Source of the DNA: Eledone cirrhosa
Lineage: Eukaryota
Reading direction: 5' to 3'
DNA length: 64,000 nt
Assembly (NCBI GenBank): GCA_964016885.1
Contig: OZ024741.1
Span: forward strand, 304,544,001 to 304,608,000
The first letter of the stretch is position 1. The number at the start of each line of letters is the position of its first letter. Below are positions 49,533 to 63,255 of this stretch, piece by piece. Under the pieces are notes generated by a model. It was not told where the DNA came from. It saw nothing but the letters and a program-made list of their open reading frames with translations, and made no database searches. Both the position numbers and the translations under genes were made by a program.

Positions 49533-52500
49533 GTGTCTGTGACCTATATACACTGGTCACAGACACACACACACACACACTTAGAAACCCTTCCTATTTA
49601 GCAAGTTGTATGGTACATATGACTTAATATTCAGTCACCAAATTCAAGCTAGATACAGTAATGCTGTATTCGATTCTTTGAAGTCACCTGTTATAATTTC
49701 AATCAACAACACCACCAGTGCTCTCTCTTTCTCTGTACCTTCTCTCTCTCTCTCTTTCAATCTACTCTCACAACCACTATCTCTTTCTCTCTCTCTATTT
49801 ATGAAGGTACCCGGAAAAACCCCATATCTCGGGAACCCATACTCAGATTTACGTGAAACTTGTTTTATTCCATTTGTATTCCCATTTCAGGAAACTTCCT
49901 TTCAAAGTATTTTCCCATGATGCGCCGTTTTGGCCGTATTAAACTACAGACAAGCACACAATCACAGAGTTTTAGTGGTATATAGATAGATACATAAACA
50001 TTTTAAAACAGTTTTGTATCATAGAGCTGAGAATATTTTCAAGTGGTTTGGTAATGAAGGGGTTCAAGTTCCAATTTATAGCTTACAAAAATTGAGCCAG
50101 TGACAGCTAGAAACACCGTACAGCATGAGGCCAGTAATTGTATAGTGAATCATGTTTGTTTTATCGGTCAGCAGTGAAAAATCAAATCAACTATATGAAA
50201 TCTGTAGTCATTGATTTGTTAGATACCCAAATACATCAGTGAATACTCATTTCATAAATATACACATAAAATTATAAAATATAGTTTTTTTTTATATATA
50301 TGTTACTGTAATATGTGGAAATAAAATTTACATTATATTTTAAAATGTTTTTTTTTGCTTTGTTCATCATCATCATCATCACCATATGTCCACTTTTACA
50401 TGTTGCACAGGTTGGATGGATTTTTTCCAGCACAATATTTCTCCAATCGTCTCAGTCCCTTGTCATCTCCTTTGTGAGATTCAGTGATTTGAGACCAGCT
50501 CTGACAGCCTCTGCCCAAGTTTTGCGTGGTCTCTCTCTACCACAGTTCCCTTCTACTGGGATATTTTTGCACATCTTCACTCAATGCTCATAATTCACTT
50601 GCATCACATAACCATACCAGCGCAGTCTTCTCTCCCGCACAATACATCTAATTCCTCCTATATCCAACCTCTCTCTCCGCACATCTAAGCTTTGCCTTTC
50701 ATGTATATTAACCTTGCACATCCATCAAAGCATACATGCTTCATCTTTCTCACGGATTCGCATATCTTCTGCATTCACCATGCAACATTGCACTTTATAC
50801 ATATGCATCATACAGTCAGCCTTTCTTTCATAGAGAGACACCTTTTGCTGTCAACAGGGGTAACAGAATCAAGCAAAGGCAAATGAAAGTTTAACATTCA
50901 GTTAACCCTTTTGATATCAACCTGGCCAAAACCACTTCTAGTTCTATGAAACAAAAACACTCATTTTAAAGGGTTCTTATTTAAATTAAAACCTTCCAAC
51001 ATAAATTTATATAAAATAAAATCGAAAAGGCAACAGTCCACCTGAAAAAGGAGACTCCATGAGGTAGGGTGGCTGTTGCAGCAGGTGCCACTCAGACTGG
51101 GGTGTAGAGTCTGTCGCTCCCTCCTCCTCTCCCTTTCTTTCATTGCTTAATTCCTTCTTTTTACTCTTTTCCTTATTTTCCTTGAAACTTCATTTAATTT
51201 CAGTGAAATTTATTGGTTTTTATTTGATGTATATGTGTGTAGGTATATGTGTATACATGCATATACATACAAGTGCATATGTGTATGTACACAACATAGC
51301 TGAATAGTTAAGAAGTTCACTTCACAATCATTTGATCCTGGGTTCAATCCCACTGTGTGGCATCTTGGTATAACCTTGAGTCAACCTAAGACTCTATTTG
51401 GAAGCCTGTTAGATGGACTTTGCCTGCAATTCAATAGTCCAGCCTTTTCACATACCGAATCCCCCTGAGAATTACGTAAAGGGTACACGTGTCTGTACAT
51501 AAATATTACATAAATATATTATATATATAAAAATAAAATTAAGTAATGAAAAACAGGGTAAGGAGTAAAGAAGGGCAGATCTGGCTGTATAAAAAAGTGA
51601 AGGAAAGGACTATAAATACCATAAATGAGAAGAAAAGGAGAGAAAGAGCAAGGACTATTTAGCAACAGAAGAGAGAGGGTTACAGACTCTATGCCTAGGT
51701 TAGTGTGGTATATCGGCTGTGTCCCGCAGACAAAAATTGCAAAGGTATTTCCGCAGATAATCGTCAACGACACCTACTGCAGGGCTCATTCTTCAGACGG
51801 GCTGTTGTCCAGGGACCAGGGATGCCTGAGGTCTTGGTAACCGGTGCAAACTTCCTTAGTTCTAACAACTGGAACACTCGTCATCGAAACCAACAGAGGT
51901 CCATCAAATTATGTGCATGTATATGTGTGTATATTTGTCTATGTATATGTATGTATGCGTGTAGCTATATATGCATGCATGTCTGTATGTATACATGTAT
52001 ACATACATGTACTTATGTATGTATATATATATATAAAGAAGCATACACACATGTGTATGTGGAGGTGGTAGGGAAGATTTGTGATTAGATATGATTGTGT
52101 ATCTTGACAAGCAACAACAGTGGCAACAACATTATTTCTAAATTTAGCCATAGATTTGAAGTGATTGGTTTTTCTTATTGATTTACATCCCCTCCATCAT
52201 CATCATCATTATCATGATGATCATCATCATCATCACCACCATTGTTATTGTTATAATCATCATCATTGCATTCATCATAATTGTCATCATCATTATCGTC
52301 ATCATCATAATTGTCATCATCATTATCATCATCATCATCATTGTTATCATCATTATTGGTATCATTAAAGTACCAGTAATGAACTGAGTAATTGCTGGCC
52401 TTGTGCCTAAAGTAGAAACAATTATTATCATCATCATTTGCTTTGAAGCATAGAGTTACCTCCCTTTATGATCTGAGTTCAAATCCCGCCAAGGTTAATT

Positions 52501-52959
52501 TTGCCTTTCATCCTCCCAGGGTCGATAAAATAAAGTACCAGTAATGCACTGGGTATTTGCTGGCCTTGTGCCAAAAGTAGAAACAATTATTATCATCATC
52601 ATTAATAGAATGAGCACCAGTGACGCGTTGGGGGTCGATTTAATCGACTTTCCCCTCCCCCAAAATTGCTGGTCTTGTGCCTATATAAGAAACCATTATT
52701 ATCATCATCACCATCATTATCATAATTTTTATCACCATCATCATCATTGTCATTGTCATCATTGTCATCATTATCACCATTACCACCACCACCACTACAA
52801 ACACCACTACCCCCATCACGATCACAAACACCACTGCCACTACTGCTGCCAGCACCCACACCACCGCCACAAACACCACCACCACCATCACCACCACCAC
52901 CCACACCACCACTGCCAGCACAAACACTATCATCATTGTTTTTCCAGTCACCAACATTC

Positions 52960-54650
52960 CAATACCCACGCTCTTTCCCCTCTTTCCCCCTCTTAGTCCC
53001 ACTCTTCCCTCTTCTTTCCAAACACTTTTACCTGCTTTCCTTTCATGTTCGTCAGCTCTTCTTACTCTCATTTCTCTCCTTGCTCTCTTTTCTCCTTGCT
53101 CCCCTTGCTCTCCTTTTCCTCCTTGCTCTCTTTTCTCCTTGCTCTCCTTTTCCTCCGTGTTCTCCTTTTCCTCCTTGCTCTCCGTTTCTCCTTGCTCTCC
53201 TTTTCCACCTTGCTCTCTTTTTCCTCCTGGCTCTTTTTTCTACTAGCTCTCCTTTTCCTCCGTGTTCTCCTTTTCCTCCTTGCTCTCCGTTTCTCCTTGC
53301 TCTCCTTTTCTCATTGCTCTCCTTTTCCACCTTGCTCTCTTTTTCCTCCTGGCTCTTTTTTCTACTAGCTCTCCTTTTCCTCCTTGCTCTCCTTTTCTCC
53401 TTGTTCTCCTTGCTCTCCTTTTCTCCTTGCACTCATTTTCTCCTTGCTCTCCTTTTCCTCCTTGCTCTCCTTTTCCCCCTTGCTCTTCTTTTCTCATTGC
53501 TCTCTTTTTCCTCCTTGTTCTCTTTTCTCCTAGTTCTCCTTGCTCTCTTTTTCCTCCTTGCCCTCTTTTCTCATTGCTCTCTTTTTCCTCATTGCTCTCC
53601 TTGTTCTCCTTTTCTCATTGCTCTCTTTTTCCTCCTTGTTCTCTTTTCTCCTTGCTCTCCTTTTCCTCCTTGCTCTCCGTTTCTCCTTGCTCTCCTTTTC
53701 TCATTGCTCTCCGTTTCCTCCTTGCTCTCCTTTTCTCATTGCTCTCTTTTTCCTCCTGGCTCTTTTTTCTACTAGCTCTCCTTTTCCTCCTTGCTCTCCT
53801 TTTCTCCTTGTTCTCCTTGCTCTCCTTTTCTCCTTGCACTCATTTTCTCCTTGCTCTCCTTTTCTCATTGCTCTCTTTTTCCTCCTTGCTCTCTTTTCTC
53901 ATTGCTTTCCTTTTCCTCCTTGCTCTCCTTTTCCCATTGCTCTCCTTTTCCACCTTGCTCTCCTTTTCCTCCTGGCTCTTTTTTCTACTAGCTCTCCTTT
54001 TCTCCTTGTTCTCCTTTTCTCCTTGCACTCATTTTCTCCTTGCTCTTCTTTTCCTCCTTGCTCTCCTTTTTCCTTACTGTCCTTGCTCTCCTTTTCTGCT
54101 CACTCACCTTTTCTCCCTCCTCTCCTTTCTCCCCTTCTTACCCTTCCTCACCCCTTTCACCCTCTCCCCCCTCTTCTTTTTGCTCTACTTGCTCTCCATT
54201 CTCCCCTTTTCCGTCTTGCTCTCCTTGCTCCCCTTTTTAGCTCTACATGCTCTCCTGTTTCCTCTTGCTCTCCTTTTTTCCTTGCTCTACTCACTCTCCA
54301 TGCTCGCCTTGCTCTCTTTACCTCCTTGCTCTCCTTTTCTGCTCACTCACCTTTTCTCCTTCCTCTCCTTTTTCCCCTCCCTACTCTTCCTCACCCCTTT
54401 CACCCTCCCCCTTTCCCCCCATTTTTATCCCCTTTCCCTCTTCTCTCCTTCTCACCCCCCGTCACCCTCTTCCCTCTCTTTCTCCTCTTTACCATTCTTT
54501 CCCCTTCTTTCCCCCTCACTCCCCTTCATTCCTCCATTTCCCCTCTGTTCCCCTCCTCCTTTTTATCCCTTCCTCTCGTTTCCACTCTTCCCCGTTCCTC
54601 CTCTTCCACCCCCTCCCTCTCCTCCCTCTCTCATTCTTTCCCTTTACACT
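52960..54650. repeat. ~1.7-kb polypyrimidine/polypurine compound minisatellite
   Basis: Degenerate 17-18-bp units (CTCCTTGCTCTCCTTTT(C)) with higher-order blocks. Confidence 0.92.
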
Positions 54651-55111
54651 CATCCTATTATCAGTACCAATCACCATCATCATTGGCAGTAAAGGCGGTG
54701 AATTGGCAGTATTGGTAGAGGGTCGGAAACCATGCTTTCCAGCATAGTTACGTCCCTTTACGGTCTGAGTTCAAATTCTGTTGAGGTTAACTTTGACTTT
54801 CATCCTTACGGGGTCGATAAAATAAAGTACCAGTAATGTACTGTGTAATTGCTGGCCTTGTGCCAAAAGTAGAAACAATTATTAACATCGTTTTCATCAT
54901 CATCATCCTCATTAGCTTCAGCACTACTATTCAAAAACACTACCACCATTACCACCACACCAACCACCACCACCACCACACCAACCACCACCACAAGCAC
55001 CACCATCACCACCACAATCACAGCTGTTGCTACCGCCATCACCTCCACAAATACCACCACCACCACCATAATCACATGCTACTACTGCCACCAACTCCAC
55101 AAACACCACCA

Positions 55112-55355
55112 CACCACCACAATCACAGCTGCTACTACTGCCACAACCATCACAAATACCACCACCACAATCACAGCTGCTACTACTGCCACAACCATCA
55201 CAAATACCACCACCACAATCACAGCTGCTACTACTGCCACAACCATCACAAATACCACCACCACAATCACAGCTGCTACTACTGCCACAACCATCACAAA
55301 TACCACCACCACAATTACAGCTGCTACTACTGCCACAACCATCACAAATACCACC
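55112..55355. repeat. 48-bp minisatellite (~5 copies) in a CAC/CAT-rich tract
   Basis: Unit CACCACCACAATCACAGCTGCTACTACTGCCACAACCATCACAAATAC. Confidence 0.9.
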
Positions 55356-56013
55356 ACCACCACAAACACCACCATCACCACCACAATCACAGCTGCTACT
55401 ACCACCATCACCTCCACAACACCACCATGACCACCACTATCACAGCTGCTACTATTGCCACCACCTCCACAAACACCACCAGCATCACCATCAAAATCAC
55501 TGCTGCCACCATCAACACCACAAACACCACCATCACCACCATCGCCATTTTGTTGGATTTATTATTTCCAATATCAAGGAAGGTGGTGTGGAATGGGGTG
55601 AGGGAGATGGATTCTGATTTTCAATCAAGGATGGGGGTAGGTTGGTAATGTATCAACTTCAGTGAGACAAATAAAAACAAAGGATTTATCTTAATCTCCC
55701 ACTGATGGATGAAATTCTGTCAGATAAGTTTGACAAGCCGCTTGTTATTGCAAGGAAGAATCCATTATCCTGAATGACCAATGAGGAAGGGGTGGACAGG
55801 ACAGGAAAGATAAAAAGTTAAGACAATTTTTTTTTAATTCATAACAAAAGAAAGAAAACAAACTAAAAAAAAACAACCCAACAAACAATATTATATATAA
55901 TATATATTTATATTATATATATAAGGGCGGTGCCCCAGCATGACCTCAGCCAGATGGCTGGAACAGGTAAAAGAGTAAAAGAATATTTTTAATACAATCA
56001 GATATTTTATTAT

Positions 56014-56070
<57 letters not shown>

Positions 56071-57243
56071 TAGACCACCAGTGGCTCATTAGGTCACGTT
56101 CCCTTAAAAGTATCTTTTTAAAATCATGTTAAAAAAAAAAAAATTTAAATATACACAGACATGTATATAATGTAAAATGAAATTGGAAGGCCTTTATATA
56201 CACTGGTCACAGACACACACACACACATATATACACACACACGCTTAGAAACTCTTCCTATTTAGCAGGAAATATTCGCTACACCTATCCTGTACTAACA
56301 CAAGTTATATGATACACATGACTTGATATTCAGTCACCAAATTCGAGTTAGATACAGTAATGCTGTATTCGATTCTTTGAAGTCACTTGTTATAATTTCA
56401 TTCAACAACACCACCAGCTCTCTCTCCCTCTCTTCTATTTTCCTTCTCTGTACCTTCTCTCTTCTCTCTCTTTCTCTCTCTCAATCTACTCTCTCACAAC
56501 CACTATCTCTTTCTCTCTATTTTTCTCTCTATATATTTATGAAGATACATGGAAAAACCCCATATCTCGGGATCCCATGCTCCAATCTACACAAAATTTG
56601 TTTTATTTCATTTGTATTCTCATTTCAGGGGCAACTTCCTTTCAAAGTATTTTCCCATTTTGCTCCGTTTTGGCTGTATTAAATTATAGACAAGCAGACA
56701 ATCACAGAGTTTTAGTAGTACATATGTAGACAGAGAGAAAGGAAACAGTATTGGAAAGGACTATAAATGCCATAAATGAGAAAAAAGGAGGGGAGGGCAA
56801 AGACTACTAGACAAAGGGGGAAAGGGGAGAGTGTGGCAGACTCTACACCTAGGCCAGAGCAGTGTTTCAGCTGTGCCCCAATATTATATAATATATTTTA
56901 ATGGCAATATTATATAATATATTGCCATAAGGGCGGTGGATTGGCAGTATCAGTAGAGGGTCGGACGTAACTATGCTTTCCAGCATAGTTACGTCCCTTT
57001 ACGATCTGAGTTCAAATCCCGCCGAGGTTGACTTTGCCTTTCATCCTTACGGGGTCGATAAAATAAAGTACCAGTAATGCAGTGGGTAATTGCTGGCCTT
57101 GTGCCTAAAGTAGAGACAAATATTATATAATATATTTTAATATAAATTTTAAGGTATTGAATTATAAAGGAATTTCTTTCTCTCACATGCCATCTAGATA
57201 TATCTAACAACTTAAAACATTCATCTTGTCTTCTTGCGAGGGT

Positions 57244-57401
57244 TTCTTCTTCTTCTTCTTCTTCTTCTTCTCCTCCTCCCCATCATCATCATCATCATCA
57301 TTATCATCATCATCATCACCATCACCACCACCACCACCACCACCACTATCATCCTCATCACCACCACTATCATCCTCACCACCACCACCACCACCACCAC
57401 C

Positions 57402-57432
<31 letters not shown>

Positions 57433-57470
57433 CCACCACCACCACCACCACCACCACCACCACCACCACC

Positions 57471-57504
<34 letters not shown>

Positions 57505-57535
57505 TCATCATTATCCTCCTCCTCCTCCTCCTCCT
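57244..57535. repeat. Compound trinucleotide microsatellite (TTC/CAT/CAC/CTC)
   Basis: Read directly from the sequence. Confidence 0.95.
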
Positions 57536-57955
57536 GCTATAATAACCTTTTTTTGTTTTTAATAGATTTCTCTGTCGAAGAGTCCATCTATAATGATGAC
57601 TGTTTTGGTGAGGTAGTAGGTTGTCAAAGTATTAATTCATTAATACATTGATCAGACACATTATTGTAACTTGTTCAGGTGAAAGTGTTTATTGTTGTCG
57701 TGTAGGTTTTGAGAAAACTTTTAGAATTAAATATTCACTTCCCAGTCAGCTGATATAATATTGACCAGCTATTAATTAAACTTCACAGTTGGGAACATTG
57801 GGGCAAGGTAAGTGAAACATTTATATTTTTAGGGTTTTTAATAACAGAGGCAGTACAAGGTTGTTGTTTGGCCATAGGACAGCTCTCATCAAACAAACTT
57901 ATAATTAAACCTTTTGTTACCATATTTCTAATGAGATGTATGGTATTTAAATTAA

Positions 57956-58210
57956 TTAACACTTTAGCATTTAAACCGGCTGTACCTCGCCAGAATTCTC
58001 TCACCTCTTTCTGTTCAAACTGGCTATAACCAGCCATCAATAACTTAACATCAATAACTTAACATCATACTGATGTTAAGTTATTGTTCTCAAAATAAAT
58101 AATATCAAAATCTCATATATTCAATGCTATGTAAGATATTATGTGAGATAAAGCCTTTATCATGAAAATGTAATAGTAAATATAAAGTAATGTAAATGCT
58201 AAAGGGTTAA
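57956..58210. mobile_element. piggyBac-like MITE (TTAA ends); same family at 2846-3038 (opposite orientation) and ~63705-63905
   Basis: TTAA-CACTTTAGCATTT ... AAATGCTAAAGGG-TTAA terminal inverted repeats. Confidence 0.7.
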
Positions 58211-59359
58211 TGAAGAATTTGGAGGGATTTACTAAAATGATTATTTATTTCATTACTATGATGGCATTGGTAATATAACTTAACGAAATGTTCTTATATC
58301 AAATTATGTTGGAAGATTTTAATTCAAGTGGGACCTTTAAAATAGGTGGTTTGTTTTCATCAAAACCAGAGGCAGTTTTAGTGGTTTGGTATTGAAGGAG
58401 TTAAAAATGTTCCAGCCATGGCATCCAATTTTTTCAGACATTATAATTTTTTCAGTCATTATACATTGGTAAGGTATGAACCCTTAACTCCTGAGTCGTA
58501 GGGGAACCATGTTGACAAACAGTGTTTCTTGGAACATTTTAAAACGTGGCAGAGCCCATCCCCTCTCCAGGCCTAAGTACAGCAGATTTCTTTTAGAGAA
58601 GGATAGAGAGTGAGAGAATGGAAGTGAGAAAGAGATATAGAGAAAGAATCAACCCAGTACTAGATTGGTACTTTTTTTAGTGACCTCGAATGGGAGAAAG
58701 GCAAAGTTGACCTTGCCTGGAGTTGAACTGAGAGCAGAGAACTGGAGCAAACATTGCAAAGTACTCTATCTAACCTTCTAATGACTCTGTCAAGTTGCCA
58801 CCTATTATAGTACATTAACAGTGGTAAATTGATAGATTTGTTAGAATGTTGGGTTAAAGGCCATACAGTATTCATTCTAATTCTGTACACTCCTAGTTCA
58901 AATCCTACTACAGCCGAACAACTTCACTTTTCATCCTTTTGGAGATGATAAATGAAGTACCAGTACAGTAGAGTGGATTGGTGGACTTGTTAAAGCATCG
59001 GAGGTGATGCTTTGTGGTATGCTATCTTTTTCAGTCCTTTGCATTCTGCGTTCACCTGTGTCATCACTGGTGCCAGCCTGCATCAGTGTTTGCTTTTCCC
59101 TTGAACAACATCAGGGAAATGGAAAGGGGAGACTTGCATGCATAAATAACTGCTGGTTTTTCCCATAAAAAATCTTTACCAAGGTTTGTGCCTTAAAAAG
59201 GAATTATACACATGTAGATACATGGTCTCACAAGACATAGAGAGGGCTCAAATGTAGTACATTATCTAATGTGCCCTTCATTTGTAAGATACTACGGTGG
59301 GATTTGGAATAGATTTGCTGCAGTTTCTAACAAATTAAACAGAAATGTAGATACTAGCT

Positions 59360-60160
59360 TTCATCATTATCATCATCAACATCATTTTTACATTCACTTT
59401 TCCATGTGTGCATGGATTAGATGATCCTTCTTCAATATATCTTTCCTCCACTTTTCACAAATTTTTGTCATCTCTTCTGTGATGTTCAGGATTCTGAGAT
59501 CAGTTCTCACCAATTCGGCCTCTTCTTTCCACTTGGGACTCCTGTTACTTCTTCCTCCAATGATTATCATCCATATGCATCATGTCTCTATACCAGAGCA
59601 ATTTTCTCTCTTGCACACCACCTACAATTCCTCTAAAACATAGTTTTTCTCTGTGTTTCATCATTCATGCACCCTAATATTACACATCCAGTTGAGCATG
59701 CTAGCCCCATTTCTTCTTAACCTTCACACATGCTTTGCATTTAATGCCTATGTCTCACTACCACACACCATCACACTTCAAACACAGGCTTTATATAACC
59801 TACCTTTTTTTTGGGAGAGAGGATTTCTTTGTTGGCAACAAAACCTTTTCTACCCCATTCTTATTCTGTTTTTGTAGCACCCTATTTCACTGCTAATTAG
59901 CTTACCCAGGTAACAGAAGCTATCAACTACTTCTGTGAATTATTTTTGGGATGGGAAAGAGTTTATTTCACTGATGCTCTTACTACTAATTACCCCTGTT
60001 CATCTACCATACATAAAATCTCTTTTGTCTGTTATCCTGCCTGTGATGTGACCACATCTCTGGTACACCAAAAGCTTATACTGGATGCACTGTATGGAAT
60101 TTTTACTGGTTTTCAGCAAATTGAGTATTGCCATTTCCTAGATGGTAGCAAGATTCTGTT
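59360..60160 (-). mobile_element. Degraded RTE-type LINE fragment
   Basis: Reverse complement resembles the ORF2 C-terminus (VVDSFCYLG; gtgagacat...); (CAT)n-like tail at ~59360. Confidence 0.7.
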
Positions 60161-60161
60161 T

Positions 60162-60980
60162 GTTTCCTACTTACTAGGACTATCATCTTTGCTATCAATT
60201 GTTTCCTACTTACTAGGACTATCATCTTTGCTATCAATTGTTTCCTACTTACTAGGACTATCATCTTTGCTATCAATTGTTTCCTACTTACTAGGACTAT
60301 CATCTTTGCTATCAATTGTTTCCTACTTACTAGGACTATCATCTTTGCTATCAATTGTTTCCTACTTACTAGGACTATCATCTTTGCTATCAATTGTTTC
60401 CTACTTACTAGGACTATCATCTTTGCTATCAATTGTTTCCTACTTACTAGGACTATCATCTTTGCTATCAATTGTTTCCTACTTACTAGGACTATCATCT
60501 TTGCTATCAATTGTTTCCTACTTACTAGGACTATCATCTTTGCTATCAATTGTTTCCTACTTACTAGGACTATCATCTTTGCTATCAATTGTTTCCTACT
60601 TACTAGGACTATCATATTTGCTATCAATTGTTTCCTACTTACTAGGACTATCATCTTTGCTATCAATTGTTTCCTACTTACTAGGACTATCATCTTTGCT
60701 ATCAATTGTTTCCTACTTACTAGGACTATCATCTTTGCTATCAATTGTTTCCTACTTACTAGGACTATCATCTTTGCTATCAATTGTTTCCTACTTACTA
60801 GGACTATCATCTTTGCTATCAATTGTTTCCTACTTACTAGGACTATCATCTTTGCTATCAATTGTTTCCTACTTACTAGGACTATCATCTTTGCTATCAA
60901 TTGTTTCCTACTTACTAGGACTATCATCTTTGCTATCAATTGTTTCCTACTTACTAGGACTATCATCTTTGCTATCAATT
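60162..60980. repeat. 39-bp minisatellite, 21 copies
   Basis: Unit GTTTCCTACTTACTAGGACTATCATCTTTGCTATCAATT, head to tail, with a single substitution near 60616. Confidence 0.97.
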
Positions 60981-61730
60981 GTTTATCTTATATATGTGGC
61001 TGGATCAGGAGGGTGGATTAACAGAACCATTAGTATGTTGGAAAAAAATTCTTTGCAGTATTTAGTTCCAGCTCTTTACGTTCTTAGTTCAAATCCTGCC
61101 AAGGACAACTTTGCCTTTCGTCCTCCTGGGGTTGATTAAATAAAATACGAATCAAGTACTTGGGTTGATATAATAGACTTTTTCTCCCACAAAAAGTGTT
61201 GGCTTTGTGTGAAAATCAGAAATCTTATACATGGCTGAGTCATGCAAAGGATATTTGATTGGAAAGGTGTAAGTAGGAAGGCTCCTTCTAGGTTAATTCA
61301 CCTCCTACAACAAACTTTCTAATTAAGATCCAACACAAGAGTCTTTTTGTGGTCATTTAGCATTCTAGAAATAGCAGCCAAATATCCTTAAAATTATTCT
61401 TATCTATCTTAAGAACACATTGAATAATATAGTTTTAAATATCAAAAAAACATGGTATGGCTAAGGCTGGAATATCTTTCATCATATATCTGTTTAGGAC
61501 TACTCTGAGGCTAAACAACAACAAAAACAAACTTCCAATCGATTTTGAAATAAGAACCAAACTTTTACCCTTTTGACACAAAAATACTAGACCGGACTGT
61601 AAATTTGGCTGGGGTTTTTTACAGCTGGATGCCCTTCATAACACCAACCACATTTAAAGAGTGTATGTATGTATATATATATAAATATATAGGGAGAAGT
61701 ATTAATGGAAAATCAATCCTCTTTCTTCAA

Positions 61731-61921
61731 ATAATTGTTTCTACTTTAGGCACAAGGCCACCAATTATCCAGTGCATTACTGGTACTTTATTTTATCGAC
61801 CCCGTAAGGATGAAAGGCAAAGTGAACCTCGGCGGGATTTGAACTCAGATCGTAAAGGGACGTAACTATGCTGGAAAGCATGGCGTCCGACTCTCTACTG
61901 ATACTGCCAATCCACCGCCCT
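61731..61921 (-). mobile_element. SINE family A, full length with 16-bp TSD
   Basis: TSD TCTTTCTTCAAATAAT at 61720-61735 and 61921-61936. Confidence 0.9.
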
Positions 61922-62133
61922 CTTTCTTCAAATAATGGTTTTTAATCTCTTAGAATTGATTCTAATAAGATGTTACTACTTTTCCACACTAATATCTGTT
62001 CTTCTGCAAAAACCTTTATTTATATACATCATATAAAGCACCGAGCTCTTCCTTTCTCTGAAAAGCTGGCAATTACATTCTCTAAGTCTAATTCTCTACT
62101 GTCTTTTGAGAATTGTTAATATAGTTCAAACTT

Positions 62134-62174
<41 letters not shown>

Positions 62175-62181
62175 TATATAT

Positions 62182-62380
62182 ATATTTAATATAGAAATGG
62201 CTTCTACAGGACTAGAACTGTTTCATTCAAAGGAAATCATCAGGACTTTCCTGATGATTTCCTCCGAATGAAACAGTTCTATCCTGTAGAAGCCATTTCT
62301 ATATTAAATATTTATACTCTGCTATGTATTGAGCACCTTACTTACTGTGGTTACCCCCGATTGAACCCAGGATACACACA
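62182..62380. mobile_element. Inverted-repeat Penelope pLTR-like element (~125-bp palindrome plus tail)
   Basis: Arms 62182-62245 and 62249-62311 are near-perfect reverse complements, each carrying CTGATGA...GAAAC. The tail tactgtggttacccccgattgaacccaggatacac recurs inverted at ~19918-19952. Confidence 0.55.
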
Positions 62381-62573
62381 CACACACATACATATATATA
62401 TATAGATATATATATATTATATATATAACGAAGGAATTGTGGTAGGGAACCAGATGGACCATAACGCACCAAAGTACTCAATACTTAGGGTAGTAGAGTG
62501 GGTAATAGGAACAAGTATGACTGAGTATAGCTGTCGAAACGGCTTGAGCTCTGCTTTTGGGGTCATACTTGTT

Positions 62574-62643
<70 letters not shown>

Positions 62644-62714
62644 TATACACATATATATACACATATATATACACATATATATATGTGTGTGTGTGTATGT
62701 GTGTGTGTGTATCT

Positions 62715-63255
62715 AGGTAAAAGTAAACCTCTCTACTTGTCATTTGACTTGAAGAAAGCTTTTGACCGAGTCCCTTGTTCCATTATGTGGTGGGCTCCTA
62801 GAAAACTAGGTGGAGATGAATGACTTATGAGGGCAGTACAAGTCATGTATAAAAGAACAGTCAGCAAGGTTAGAATTAATAATGACTATAGTGAAGAATA
62901 TAGCGTGCAAGTAGGTATCCATCAGGTATCCATCCTTTTTATCACAGTCCTGTAGGCTATAACAGAAAAGTTTTAAACTGGCTGCCCATGGGAACTTTTG
63001 TATGCAGTTGACCTAACCCTTATAGCTGAATCTATGGCAGAACTAGAGATGAAATTCCAAATCTGGAAGCAAGGCCTAGAATCTAAAACTCTTAAAGCCA
63101 ACTTGGCAAAGACCAAAATCCTCATATGTAGAAAGGAAAACAGGGCCCAGATTCCCCCAGAGAAATGGCCTTGCTCAGTGCACAGGAAAAAATAGGTAGA
63201 AATTATATCCTATTCCCCAGATGCAAACTATGGGTACACAAGAGATGTAGTGGTG
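62715..63255 (+). mobile_element. Degraded RTE-type RT-domain fragment
   Basis: [35 protein letters not shown]. Confidence 0.85.

Noticed and set aside
52544-55648. Long ORFs (342, 476, 392 and 270 aa) rich in Leu/Phe/Ser/Pro or His
   Set aside because: Translations of low-complexity CT and CAC/CAT repeats, with no splice or domain support.
60162-60980. CRISPR-like array or a 397/291-aa repeat protein gene
   Set aside because: The units are head to tail with no unique spacers and there are no cas genes. The ORFs arise only because the 39-bp unit lacks stops in those frames, and the sequence derives from a LINE.
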